Positions 18,236-26,656 of a stretch of DNA of 55,758 nucleotides are shown here, in pieces. Origin of the DNA: Candidatus Acidiferrales bacterium (GTDB lineage Bacteria; Acidobacteriota; Terriglobia; Acidiferrales; UBA7541); contig DASTCZ010000055.1 of assembly GCA_035710585.1 (NCBI GenBank), positions 1 to 55,758 on the forward strand, given 5' to 3'. Each line of letters opens with the position of its first letter. Within the stretch, counting starts at the first letter, position 1. Under the pieces are notes generated by a model. The model made no database searches. It was not told the DNA's origin and saw only the letters and a program-made list of their open reading frames with translations. The position numbers and the translations under genes are program-made.

Positions 18236-18949
18236 ACAACGTCTCCGTTATAGAGTGCGGGCACTGGTCGATTTTCCTAGCTTCACCTGTGATGACTATC
18301 ACAGACACTTTCCGCGCCGGCTGCTAAAAATATCCCAACAGTAAGGCGGTTTGGCCTGCCGGCCGGACGCTCGGAGACACGAGCGAATCTCGCGAGCGTC
18401 AAAACCGCCCTCTTGTCGGATAGGCAGCGGTAGCTCGAAGCCACACGCCGAAAGGTTTGTGGTACCACATGCGGCCATGAGCGATACGGATTTGGTGCCG
18501 CTGCGTGGGTCACCGGGAATGATTATTCGAGCCGCCGCTGCCCGACTTTTCTTCGCGCGTCCATATCCCACTGAAACCGCGAGATTTCTTATCCCGTTTG
18601 CCGCAGAACTACATGTGACGCCCGTCACGGACAGCCGATCTCGATCCACATAAAATTAACCAAACTGAAGGCAGCGAAGTTCTGCGGGTTACTTTTGAGA
18701 GGGTGATCCTGTCGAAATTTTCGCCGCCTTCAGAAACGGCGGCGGTTCATCGCGCTCTGCCATCTTCCGAGAGACAGGTGGCATCACGTCGGTTTTCCAA
18801 AGACACCGGCGTGGCGGTCTTATGACCGAAAGATCTTGTTGATGCCCGCCGCCGTATTTTTTCATCCGCTCTTTCTCTTCAGCTGCGAACCAAGCCCTCC
18901 GCGTGAATTGATTTCGCCTTCTCTTGCCGCGTACCATAGCTTGCACGCC

Positions 18950-19039
<90 letters not shown>

Positions 19040-19248
19040 TCCACCTAGCTGCAGACCTGGACACATCGGGAACAGATCGTACCGGAGATATGGGTTACAT
19101 CCGTTTTGGACCAACCGCGTTGTCCACTGGTTGCAGGATTACTTCCTCTAGATCGAAGTAGCCCAGATAACGGTCCATAAAACTGACCAGCGATCTACCT
19201 TGTACATCACGACTGCATTCTCGAATCTCGACTCCAAACACTGTGACC

Positions 19249-19282
19249 AAAAAAGCGGCGGCCCGTAGAAGCGGGCCGCCGC
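19249..19282 (-). terminator. Rho-independent terminator downstream of the S8 peptidase gene
   Basis: An 11-bp GC stem (GCGGCGGCCCG/CGGGCCGCCGC) is followed by T6 on the minus strand. Confidence 0.75.
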
Positions 19283-19363
19283 TGAGATTGTCTCCGTGCA
19301 GGTACTTGAAAGCCTGCCGAACTGCTACGTCAACTCTTTGAAGTGCAGGGCCGACATGGATTA

Positions 19364-20680
19364 TTACCAGCTGTTGAGCCACGCCGAGACGGCCCAGGCT
19401 ACGTTCAACCTGCCGTGATTGAGGTCCGACGTCAGCACTTGCGCATGACTCAACGCGCTAGCCGCATTCGACTGACTCAAGCCTGACTTGGCGCTCATCA
19501 GCAGTGCAGCCGATCCGGTAACGAGCGGAGAACTGAAAGACGTACCGGACGAAGAGCCATAAGTCCCGCCCGGATAGGTGCTAACCACGGATTCGCCAGG
19601 AGCCGCGATCCATACGTCAGTCGAACCGTAGTTCGAAAAGCTCGATCGCGTATCGGAGTTAGACGTCGAGGCGATGCCGATTACGTTTCCCTTCAGCGCC
19701 GCGGGGTAGACGGCGTTACTCGTGTCTTCGTTTCCGGCAGACGCGACCAGTATCAAGCCTGCTCGATTGGCACTCGCCACCGCTTTCGACAGCGCCGACG
19801 ACGGCGTAGACAGATCGAAGCTCATGTTCACTACATTGGCCTTGTTCTGAATCGCGAAATAGAGCGCTGCGACGATGTTCGAAACATAACCGGTGCCATT
19901 CGCCGAGAACGCCTTCAGTGGCAAAATCCTGGCTTTCGGGGCGACGAGGTGAATCAATCCGGCCGTCATCGTTCCGTGGCCGAATGCGACATACGGCGAA
20001 CCATCGAGAACAGCCGCGGTCGATTGGTCGAGCACAGCGGCTGTCGACTGTTGGACCTCGACGGGTGCTTGATCCTGAGTATCGGTGTCAACCATACCGC
20101 TCTGCAGCTGAGAAACGTCAAGCCACTCCGAGGCGCCGGGCTGATTGCGCGTGAAGTCATAGCCCTGCAGCAGAACGGGCTGTAGAACCGGGTGATTTGG
20201 ATCGACGCCAGTGTCGATATCGGCCACGAGGACGCCCGAGCCCGTCACTCCGTATCCGGCCCGCGCATCGGCCGCGTGAATGATTTGCGCGGCGGGTTGC
20301 AGAGCATAACCTTGCCACGCGACCGTCCCATAGAAGTTCACCGGAGACATGTCGTAGAGACCGCTAGGCGTGCTGGCGAGCTTTATCTGGGGAATCGGAA
20401 GCAGCCTGTCCGCTTCAATGCTCACGATGCCCAACAATGACTCCACGAGCGAGATCACGGGGCTGAGCAGGTTATTAGAAGTTACCAGGAAGGTCTGCCC
20501 GATGTTGCCATCTAAACTTCCCTGTACCTGGCATCCCAGGAGATTACAAAGGTTAAGCACGGAGGTAAGGCCGCCATTAGAAACGACGATGTAGCGATTT
20601 GTAGCCGATGCGGCAGGGGTAGGGGTTAGGAACCCGATGCAGATGAGGGCCGCGATTAGGATGAGGATTCTGGGTTTCAC
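19364..20680 (-). CDS. Secreted S8-family (subtilisin-like) serine peptidase
   Basis: 438 aa with a GTG start behind AAGGGAG. The signal peptide is MKPRILILIAALICIGFL. The catalytic triad motifs are ADIDTGVD, GHGTMTAG and SGTSFSSPLVTG. It contains an internal tandem 8-aa duplication, STAAVLDQ/STAAVLDG (nt 20000-20047). Confidence 0.9.
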   Translation of the reverse strand: MKPRILILIAALICIGFLTPTPAASATNRYIVVSNGGLTSVLNLCNLLGCQVQGSLDGNIGQTFLVTSNNLLSPVISLVESLLGIVSIEADRLLPIPQIKLASTPSGLYDMSPVNFYGTVAWQGYALQPAAQIIHAADARAGYGVTGSGVLVADIDTGVDPNHPVLQPVLLQGYDFTRNQPGASEWLDVSQLQSGMVDTDTQDQAPVEVQQSTAAVLDQSTAAVLDGSPYVAFGHGTMTAGLIHLVAPKARILPLKAFSANGTGYVSNIVAALYFAIQNKANVVNMSFDLSTPSSALSKAVASANRAGLILVASAGNEDTSNAVYPAALKGNVIGIASTSNSDTRSSFSNYGSTDVWIAAPGESVVSTYPGGTYGSSSGTSFSSPLVTGSAALLMSAKSGLSQSNAASALSHAQVLTSDLNHGRLNVAWAVSAWLNSW

Positions 20681-20954
20681 TTTCGTGCTCCCTTAATCGG
20701 TAGTAGTAGTCCTAGAACGTGGAGATTTTGCCGGGGGTCTTATGTTCCCGAAATGGTACGGCGGTGCGGAGGTGCTAAGAGCGTAGTCCTAATGCCCGAG
20801 AAGTACGCGGGTACTACTTAAGGGTGCCTACTTGATGACTAGCTGAAATCGGCACCTGTCCGAAGGTGAAAAACTCCGAAACACCCTAAGAGTCAATAGC
20901 TTACGCCGGTCGTTATCTTCCCTTTTCGCGAATGCGTATGGCATTTCTGGAGAG

Positions 20955-22007
20955 ATGCCGACGACACCGGTGGCCGCACCGTATTCCGATCAGCCTCAGG
21001 CGGGGTTAGTTCCTGCGCGGGAGGCGAACGGAAGCAGTTCGCCAATGCCGTTGCTGGGAGTTCGCGCTCTGTCTGTTAGGTACAGGCAGCCAGATGGCAC
21101 ATCGAGCGTGGCTGTTCATGAGGTTTCGTTCGAAGCCATGCCCGGCGAAACGTTGGGCATTGTTGGCGAGTCGGGCAGCGGAAAAACGAGTTTGGCGCTC
21201 GGCGTCTTGCAAGCGCTTCCCAAAAACGCGCAATTGTTCTGCGAGCACATACGAGTCGCAGGAAGAGACATCGCCGGCTTAAGCGAAAACCAACTGCGCT
21301 CAATCCGCGGATCGCAAGTCTCGACGATTTTCCAGGAATCTGGCCTCGCCCTTCACCCGATGATGCGGGCTGTCGATCAGGTCGCGCAAGTCTATCGCGC
21401 GCACTTTAGAGTGAGCCGCTCGGGTGCCAAAGAAATCGCGATGCAGATGCTCGCCCGAATTTTTGGACAGGTTGCGGATCGGATCGCGCGGGCATATCCG
21501 CACGAGCTGAGCGGGGGACAAAAGCAGCGAGTGCTGATCGCGCAGGCGCTCATTTGCAGGCCGTCTGTTGTGATCGCTGACGAACCAACGGCTTCGCTGG
21601 ACGCCAAAACTCAACGCGAAGTGCTGCAGCTGCTGGATGAGCTGAGGCGAGAGCTGAACCTCTCGGTTGTCTTGATCACCCACAACATCGCGATGCTATC
21701 GGCAATCGCGGATCAAGTGATGGTGATGCACGCGGGGCGGGTTGTGGAACGGGGCTCGACAGCGCGAGTCTTGCATGAGCAGGTTCACCCGTACACACGA
21801 CAACTGATTCAAGCAGCGAGGCCTTGGAATCAAAATTCGGAAGTGCGTCCCGGTCAACGAGTCTGGCACGAGGAAGTCGAAAGTCGCGCGGAACGTCGTG
21901 TTGATCGGAATTGTGTGGATGCGATCTGCGAATACGAACAGAGCGAGCGCTCTGAAACAAGCCAGGAATCCGGTCGCGAAGTGAGGCGCCTCGTCCATGA
22001 ACGCTGA
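20955..22007 (+). CDS. ABC transporter ATP-binding protein, oligo/dipeptide type (DppD/OppD-like)
   Basis: It has Walker A GESGSGKT, signature LSGGQKQR and Walker B VVIADEPT. The start may instead be the Met at 21045. Confidence 0.88.
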   Translation: MPTTPVAAPYSDQPQAGLVPAREANGSSSPMPLLGVRALSVRYRQPDGTSSVAVHEVSFEAMPGETLGIVGESGSGKTSLALGVLQALPKNAQLFCEHIRVAGRDIAGLSENQLRSIRGSQVSTIFQESGLALHPMMRAVDQVAQVYRAHFRVSRSGAKEIAMQMLARIFGQVADRIARAYPHELSGGQKQRVLIAQALICRPSVVIADEPTASLDAKTQREVLQLLDELRRELNLSVVLITHNIAMLSAIADQVMVMHAGRVVERGSTARVLHEQVHPYTRQLIQAARPWNQNSEVRPGQRVWHEEVESRAERRVDRNCVDAICEYEQSERSETSQESGREVRRLVHER

Positions 22008-22833
22008 GCATCGAGGCGCTGCGCATAACGCGGCAATCGCACTGATCGCGGTCACAAATCTCCGAAAGGAGTTTGAGTCGCGCCGAGTATTTGGCAAAGC
22101 GTTGCGCGTCCTGGCGGTGGACGGTGTTGATCTGACTCTGCATCAGGGCGATTCATTTGCGGTGATCGGCGAATCCGGGTGCGGAAAAACAACTCTGGCC
22201 AATTGCATCGCGGATTTCGAACAGCCGACCTCAGGCTCGGTTGCATATCTTGGCCGTGAAGTACGAGAAATGAGCGCGCGCGAACGGAAGCAATTTCGTG
22301 CGCGAGTACAGATCGTTTGCCAGGACACCGTGAGTTCGTTCAATCCGCGATTCACGGCACGAGAAATCGTCGAAGAACCGCTTGTAATTCAGGGCGGCAC
22401 ACTGAAATCAGCGCGAAACGCAATTGTTCGCAATGTCCTGGAATCCGTAGGTCTGCCATTCGAGTGGGCGGAGCGCACTGCCGATCGCTTCAGCGGAGGG
22501 CAGCGGCAGCGGCTGGCGATTGCGCGAGCGCTGGCGCCGCAACCAGAGCTCCTTATTCTAGACGAAGCGCTGTCGGGATTGGACGCTCGGACGCAGAGCC
22601 AAATCGTCGCGCTGCTCGAGACGCTTCGCGCCGAAAAACAACTGTCGCTGCTGCACATCGTGCACGATTTGGCGCTGCTACCGAGTCTCGCTGGTGAAGT
22701 AGCGGTGATGCGTCGCGGCCGGATCATTGAGCGTGGAGACGCGCGTCAAGTTCTCAACGCGCCCGAGAGTCCTCACACACGCGAGATGATTGCAGCTCAA
22801 TTCTGGCTGTGCGAACACCAAGGTGTGGCGTGA
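21997..22833 (+). CDS. ABC transporter ATP-binding protein, oligo/dipeptide type (DppF/OppF-like)
   Basis: It has Walker A GESGCGKT, signature FSGGQRQR and Walker B LLILDEALS. It overlaps the upstream gene by 11 nt. Confidence 0.88.
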   Translation: MNAEHRGAAHNAAIALIAVTNLRKEFESRRVFGKALRVLAVDGVDLTLHQGDSFAVIGESGCGKTTLANCIADFEQPTSGSVAYLGREVREMSARERKQFRARVQIVCQDTVSSFNPRFTAREIVEEPLVIQGGTLKSARNAIVRNVLESVGLPFEWAERTADRFSGGQRQRLAIARALAPQPELLILDEALSGLDARTQSQIVALLETLRAEKQLSLLHIVHDLALLPSLAGEVAVMRRGRIIERGDARQVLNAPESPHTREMIAAQFWLCEHQGVA

Positions 22834-22834
22834 A

Positions 22835-23803
22835 ATGAATTACCTCGCCCGAAAAATTCGCGACGGAGTGCTACTTCTGATCGGGGTTTCCGCGTTGTCG
22901 TTCCTCCTTTTGGAAATCGCACCCGGCAATTTCCTGAGTGAAATGCAATTGAATCCGCAAATCTCGCCGGAGACCGTGGCGGCATTGCGCGTGCGATATG
23001 GTCTCGATCGCCCTGTGCCGGTCCGTTATCTGCGCTGGCTGCACTCAACTGCGACCGGTGACTTTGGATATTCGTTTTCCTACAACGTGCCCGTTGCCGA
23101 TTTAGTTTGGCCGCGCGCGAAGAACACTTTACTACTCACAACCTGCGCTTCGTTGCTGGCGTGGATAGTGGCGCTGCCTGTCGGCATCGGGATGGCTCTC
23201 AAACGCGGGAGCGCAGCCGCGCAAGCTGCGTCGGGGATAGTTTCGCTCCTGCTCGCAATTCCGGAACTCACGCTGGCGCTGGGGGCGCTGGTATTTGCCG
23301 CTTATACGAGGATCTTTCCGATAGGCGGGATGTTTTCGTTCAGTGCCGAAAACGCATCTGGCGGTGCCGCTCTCGTGGACCTCGGCCGACACCTGGTTCT
23401 GCCGGCAAGCGTGCTGGCGCTTGGGGTTGCGCCGATGCTTGTGCGTCACATTCGGGCAGCCGTGATCGAAGTGCTCGATGCTGGATTTGTGCGCGCCGGC
23501 CGGGCGCTCGGGATCCCGCGGCGAACTCTCCTTTTTGAGTACGTGCTGCGCGCTGCGGCAAACCCGCTCATCTCGCTTGCGGGGCTCTCGGTGGCCGGAT
23601 TGTTAAGCATGTCGTTGCTGGTGGAAGTCGTTCTGAGCTGGCCGGGACTCGGTCCTCTTTTGCTTGAAGCCATTTTTGCGCGCGATATCTTCCTGGTGAT
23701 CGCCGTGGTCATGCTCTCCACGGCGTTCCTGGTCTGCGGAAATTTCCTCAGCGATTTCGCGCTTCTCGCGTGCGATCCGCGCATCCGTCGCGACATCAGC
23801 TAA
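22835..23803 (+). CDS. ABC peptide-type transporter permease (DppB/OppB-like)
   Basis: I place the start at the ATG at 22835 (MNYLARKIRDGVLLLIGVSALSF), 1 nt after the upstream stop. The protein is polytopic, with the N-terminal topology typical of DppB. Confidence 0.85.
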   Translation: MNYLARKIRDGVLLLIGVSALSFLLLEIAPGNFLSEMQLNPQISPETVAALRVRYGLDRPVPVRYLRWLHSTATGDFGYSFSYNVPVADLVWPRAKNTLLLTTCASLLAWIVALPVGIGMALKRGSAAAQAASGIVSLLLAIPELTLALGALVFAAYTRIFPIGGMFSFSAENASGGAALVDLGRHLVLPASVLALGVAPMLVRHIRAAVIEVLDAGFVRAGRALGIPRRTLLFEYVLRAAANPLISLAGLSVAGLLSMSLLVEVVLSWPGLGPLLLEAIFARDIFLVIAVVMLSTAFLVCGNFLSDFALLACDPRIRRDIS

Positions 23804-23806
23804 ACA

Positions 23807-24823
23807 ATGAACGCAAAGATCAAAATCGGCGTTGCGATCGCACTGCTCGGATGTCACCTGTTCATCCTGTTTCCGGGCTTTTTCGCGCCCTACAATCCGA
23901 TCGAGCAGAACCGGGACTTCCCGTACCGCCCACCGGAGCTTCCGCGGCTTCGAGATGCGGCCGGAAACTGGCACGTGCGGCCGTTCATATATGCTGCAAC
24001 TGGAGATGACGCGGGCACACCGGCGCGGCAAGCAGCGGTTCCGATTCACTTCTTTGTCAGCGGAGCGCGGTATCAAATCGCCGGCTCTCTGCATTCTCGA
24101 TATCACCTCTTCGGAACGGAAAATGGCGCCAGAGTTTTTCTGCTGGGCACTGACGAACTGGGCCGCGATCAACTTTCCCGGTTGCTTTATGGGGCGCGCA
24201 TATCGCTATTTGCCGGAATCCTGGCGACGGCGCTGAGCCTCGCCATCGGGCTGGCGGTTGGAACCTTTGCCGGATATTACGGCGGCGTTGCCGGCGCGGC
24301 GGTTGTTCGAGTCGCCGATTTTTTTATTGCGCTGCCGTGGATTTATCTCTTGCTGGCGGTGCGGGCATTTCTTCCGCTGCGGCTCGGCGCGGGCTGGAGT
24401 TTCGCGGTGATCGTGATCGTGCTGGGGTTCATCGGTTGGGCACGGCAGGCGCGAATCGTGCGCAGCGTGGTTCTCGCTGCACGCGAGCGCGGCTTCGTTC
24501 GTGCCGCTCGCGGATTCGGAGCCTCCGATTTCTATCTGCTCCGGCGACATGTGGTTCCACAGACGTTCGGCGTTTTGCTGACGCAGGCGACGATTCTAAT
24601 TCCGCAATACGTGATTGCCGAAACGACGCTTTCATTTTTCGGACTTGGCATGAGTGAACCGCACGCGAGCATCGGCAATCTTCTATCGGCTCTTCAGCAC
24701 TATGACGTGCTGGTCTCGTACTGGTGGATGTACGTTCCGGCAGTCGTTCTGGTCCCGCTGTGCCTTGGATATTCGGCAGTGGCATCGGCGGTGCACGATC
24801 GGTTTGGAAAGGCGTATTTATGA
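23807..24823 (+). CDS. ABC peptide-type transporter permease (DppC/OppC-like)
   Basis: 338 aa and polytopic. The segment GTDELGRDQLSRLLYGARISL is typical of DppC/OppC. Confidence 0.85.
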   Translation: MNAKIKIGVAIALLGCHLFILFPGFFAPYNPIEQNRDFPYRPPELPRLRDAAGNWHVRPFIYAATGDDAGTPARQAAVPIHFFVSGARYQIAGSLHSRYHLFGTENGARVFLLGTDELGRDQLSRLLYGARISLFAGILATALSLAIGLAVGTFAGYYGGVAGAAVVRVADFFIALPWIYLLLAVRAFLPLRLGAGWSFAVIVIVLGFIGWARQARIVRSVVLAARERGFVRAARGFGASDFYLLRRHVVPQTFGVLLTQATILIPQYVIAETTLSFFGLGMSEPHASIGNLLSALQHYDVLVSYWWMYVPAVVLVPLCLGYSAVASAVHDRFGKAYL

Positions 24824-26589
24824 GGAAACGCTCGTTTCTAGCCTTGGGACTTTTGCTGTTCGCGCGTTCGGTTGCGCCCAACTCTGCAAATGTCGAAGGC
24901 GGCGCAGGACGATCGGAATCCGGACGGTTGATCGCTGACGCGCGTCCAGCGGACGACACGATCGGGACCTACGGCGGCCGACTCGTAGTTCCGCTTCGCA
25001 GCGAGCCGAAAACACTGAATCCTGTGCTCGCCGCGGACAATTATTCGCGCGACGTGATCTGGCGGACCATGGGAGACCTGATTCACATCAACCGGTTCAC
25101 ACAGCAAACTGAATCGGCTCTCGCATTGTCGTGGCAGGTTTCACGGGATGGCCGCCGGTACACTCTGCAATTGCGCCCGGACCTGAAGTTTTCAGACGGG
25201 CACGCGGCGGACGCCGACGACGTCATCTTCAGTTTTGAGGTGTATCTCGACGCAAAGGTGAATTCCCCTCAGCGCGACCTGCTTGTCGTCGGCGGTAAGC
25301 CAATTGAAGTGCGGAAAATCGATGCGCACACGGTGGAATTTGATCTCTCGCAGCCGTATGGAGCCGGAGAAAGAATCTTCGACAGTATCGCGATCCTCCC
25401 GCGCCATTTGCTTGAGCCCGGATACCGCGCGGGCAAGTTTTCGGAAATGTGGGGCGTCAATGCGCGGCCGATACAGATCGCCGGGCTTGGGCCCTTTAAG
25501 CTGAAGGAGTTTGTTCTTGGACAGCGGGTCGTTCTCGAGAAAAATCCGTATTACTGGAAACAAGATCGCAGCGGGAACACCCTGCCCTATCTTTCGGAAA
25601 TTATATTCGTTTTCATTCCCAGCGCCGATTCCGAGGTTCTGCGATTTCAGTCGGGCGACGTCGATTTGGAGACACGGCTGAACGCGCAGAATTTTTCCCT
25701 GCTCGGTGAGAAAGGCGCGCAGTTGGTTGACGGTGGATCGAGCCTTGAATACAGCTTTCTCTGTTTCAATCAGAACGATCTCAGAGGCCGGTCGCTGCCC
25801 GAAGTTTCGCAAAGGCAAGAGTGGTTTGCCCAGAAGAACTTCCGTCAGGCTGTATCTCTCGCGATCGACCGGCAGGCTCTGGTACGTCTCGTCTACAAAA
25901 ACCGCGCAGAGGCCTTGTGGGGAAACGTCACGCCGGGCATCAAGCTTTGGCGAGACGCGGCGCTGCCGGCGCCAGCCAGGTCGCTCGATAAGGCGCGCGA
26001 ATTATTGCGGGCGGCCGGGTTTCGCATTTCTACATCTTCTGACGGGACTCCAGTTCTTTACGATTCGCACAACCAACCGGTGAATTTCACATTGGCGACA
26101 AGCTCCTCGAACGCAGAGCGCGTGAAAATGGCTGCTCTCATTCAGGCTGATTTGCAGGAACTCGGTATGCGTGTTCAGGTAGTGCCGCTTGAATTTCGCG
26201 CCCTGCTCGACCGCGTGTTTCAAACTTATGATTACGACGCCTGTTTGATGTCATTAGCTAGCGGAGACGCGGACCCTACTGCAGACATTAACGTGTGGCG
26301 CTCGAATGGAGCCCAGCACTTGTGGCATTTGGGGGAATCCAAGCCCGCCAGCACCTGGGAAAGCGAAGTCGATGTCCTGCTCGATCAACAGCTGATAACC
26401 ACAGACACTGCGGAACGCCGACGAGTGTACAACCGCGTGCAGGAAATTATCGCGGAGAATGCGCCCGTGGTGTTTCTCGTCAGCCCACACATGCTCGCGG
26501 CCGCAAAACCGGGACTTGGCAATTTCCGCCCCGCAGTCATGGAGCCGCCGACACTGTGGAACGCGGACGTACTGTACTGGAAGAAGTGA
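24820..26589 (+). CDS. ABC transporter substrate-binding protein, family 5 (peptide/nickel type)
   Basis: I place the start at the ATG at 24820 (MRKRSFLALGLLLFARSVA, a signal peptide), which forms an ATGA overlap with the permease stop. The size and the sequence LEKNPYYWK... are typical of SBP family 5. Confidence 0.85.
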   Translation: MRKRSFLALGLLLFARSVAPNSANVEGGAGRSESGRLIADARPADDTIGTYGGRLVVPLRSEPKTLNPVLAADNYSRDVIWRTMGDLIHINRFTQQTESALALSWQVSRDGRRYTLQLRPDLKFSDGHAADADDVIFSFEVYLDAKVNSPQRDLLVVGGKPIEVRKIDAHTVEFDLSQPYGAGERIFDSIAILPRHLLEPGYRAGKFSEMWGVNARPIQIAGLGPFKLKEFVLGQRVVLEKNPYYWKQDRSGNTLPYLSEIIFVFIPSADSEVLRFQSGDVDLETRLNAQNFSLLGEKGAQLVDGGSSLEYSFLCFNQNDLRGRSLPEVSQRQEWFAQKNFRQAVSLAIDRQALVRLVYKNRAEALWGNVTPGIKLWRDAALPAPARSLDKARELLRAAGFRISTSSDGTPVLYDSHNQPVNFTLATSSSNAERVKMAALIQADLQELGMRVQVVPLEFRALLDRVFQTYDYDACLMSLASGDADPTADINVWRSNGAQHLWHLGESKPASTWESEVDVLLDQQLITTDTAERRRVYNRVQEIIAENAPVVFLVSPHMLAAAKPGLGNFRPAVMEPPTLWNADVLYWKK

Positions 26590-26656
26590 ATGCTCAACCG
26601 AATCGGCACAACAAAATCTGAAGATTTCATCGCCGTCGCCGTAGCCGGTAATTGAG

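Noticed and set aside
18287-18304. CTGTGAT-GACT-ATCACAG palindrome upstream of the NHEJ operon, reminiscent of a LexA box.
   Set aside because: It is CTGT-N10-ACAG, not the E. coli CTGT-N8-ACAG, and I do not know the LexA motif for this phylum. Dozens of 7-bp inverted repeats with short spacers are expected by chance per window.
19040-20954. Possible tRNA-Ser-linked genomic islet carrying the S8 protease, where GC looks slightly lower by eye.
   Set aside because: There is no integrase, and I found no direct repeat of the tRNA 3' end. I cannot compute GC or codon statistics reliably here.
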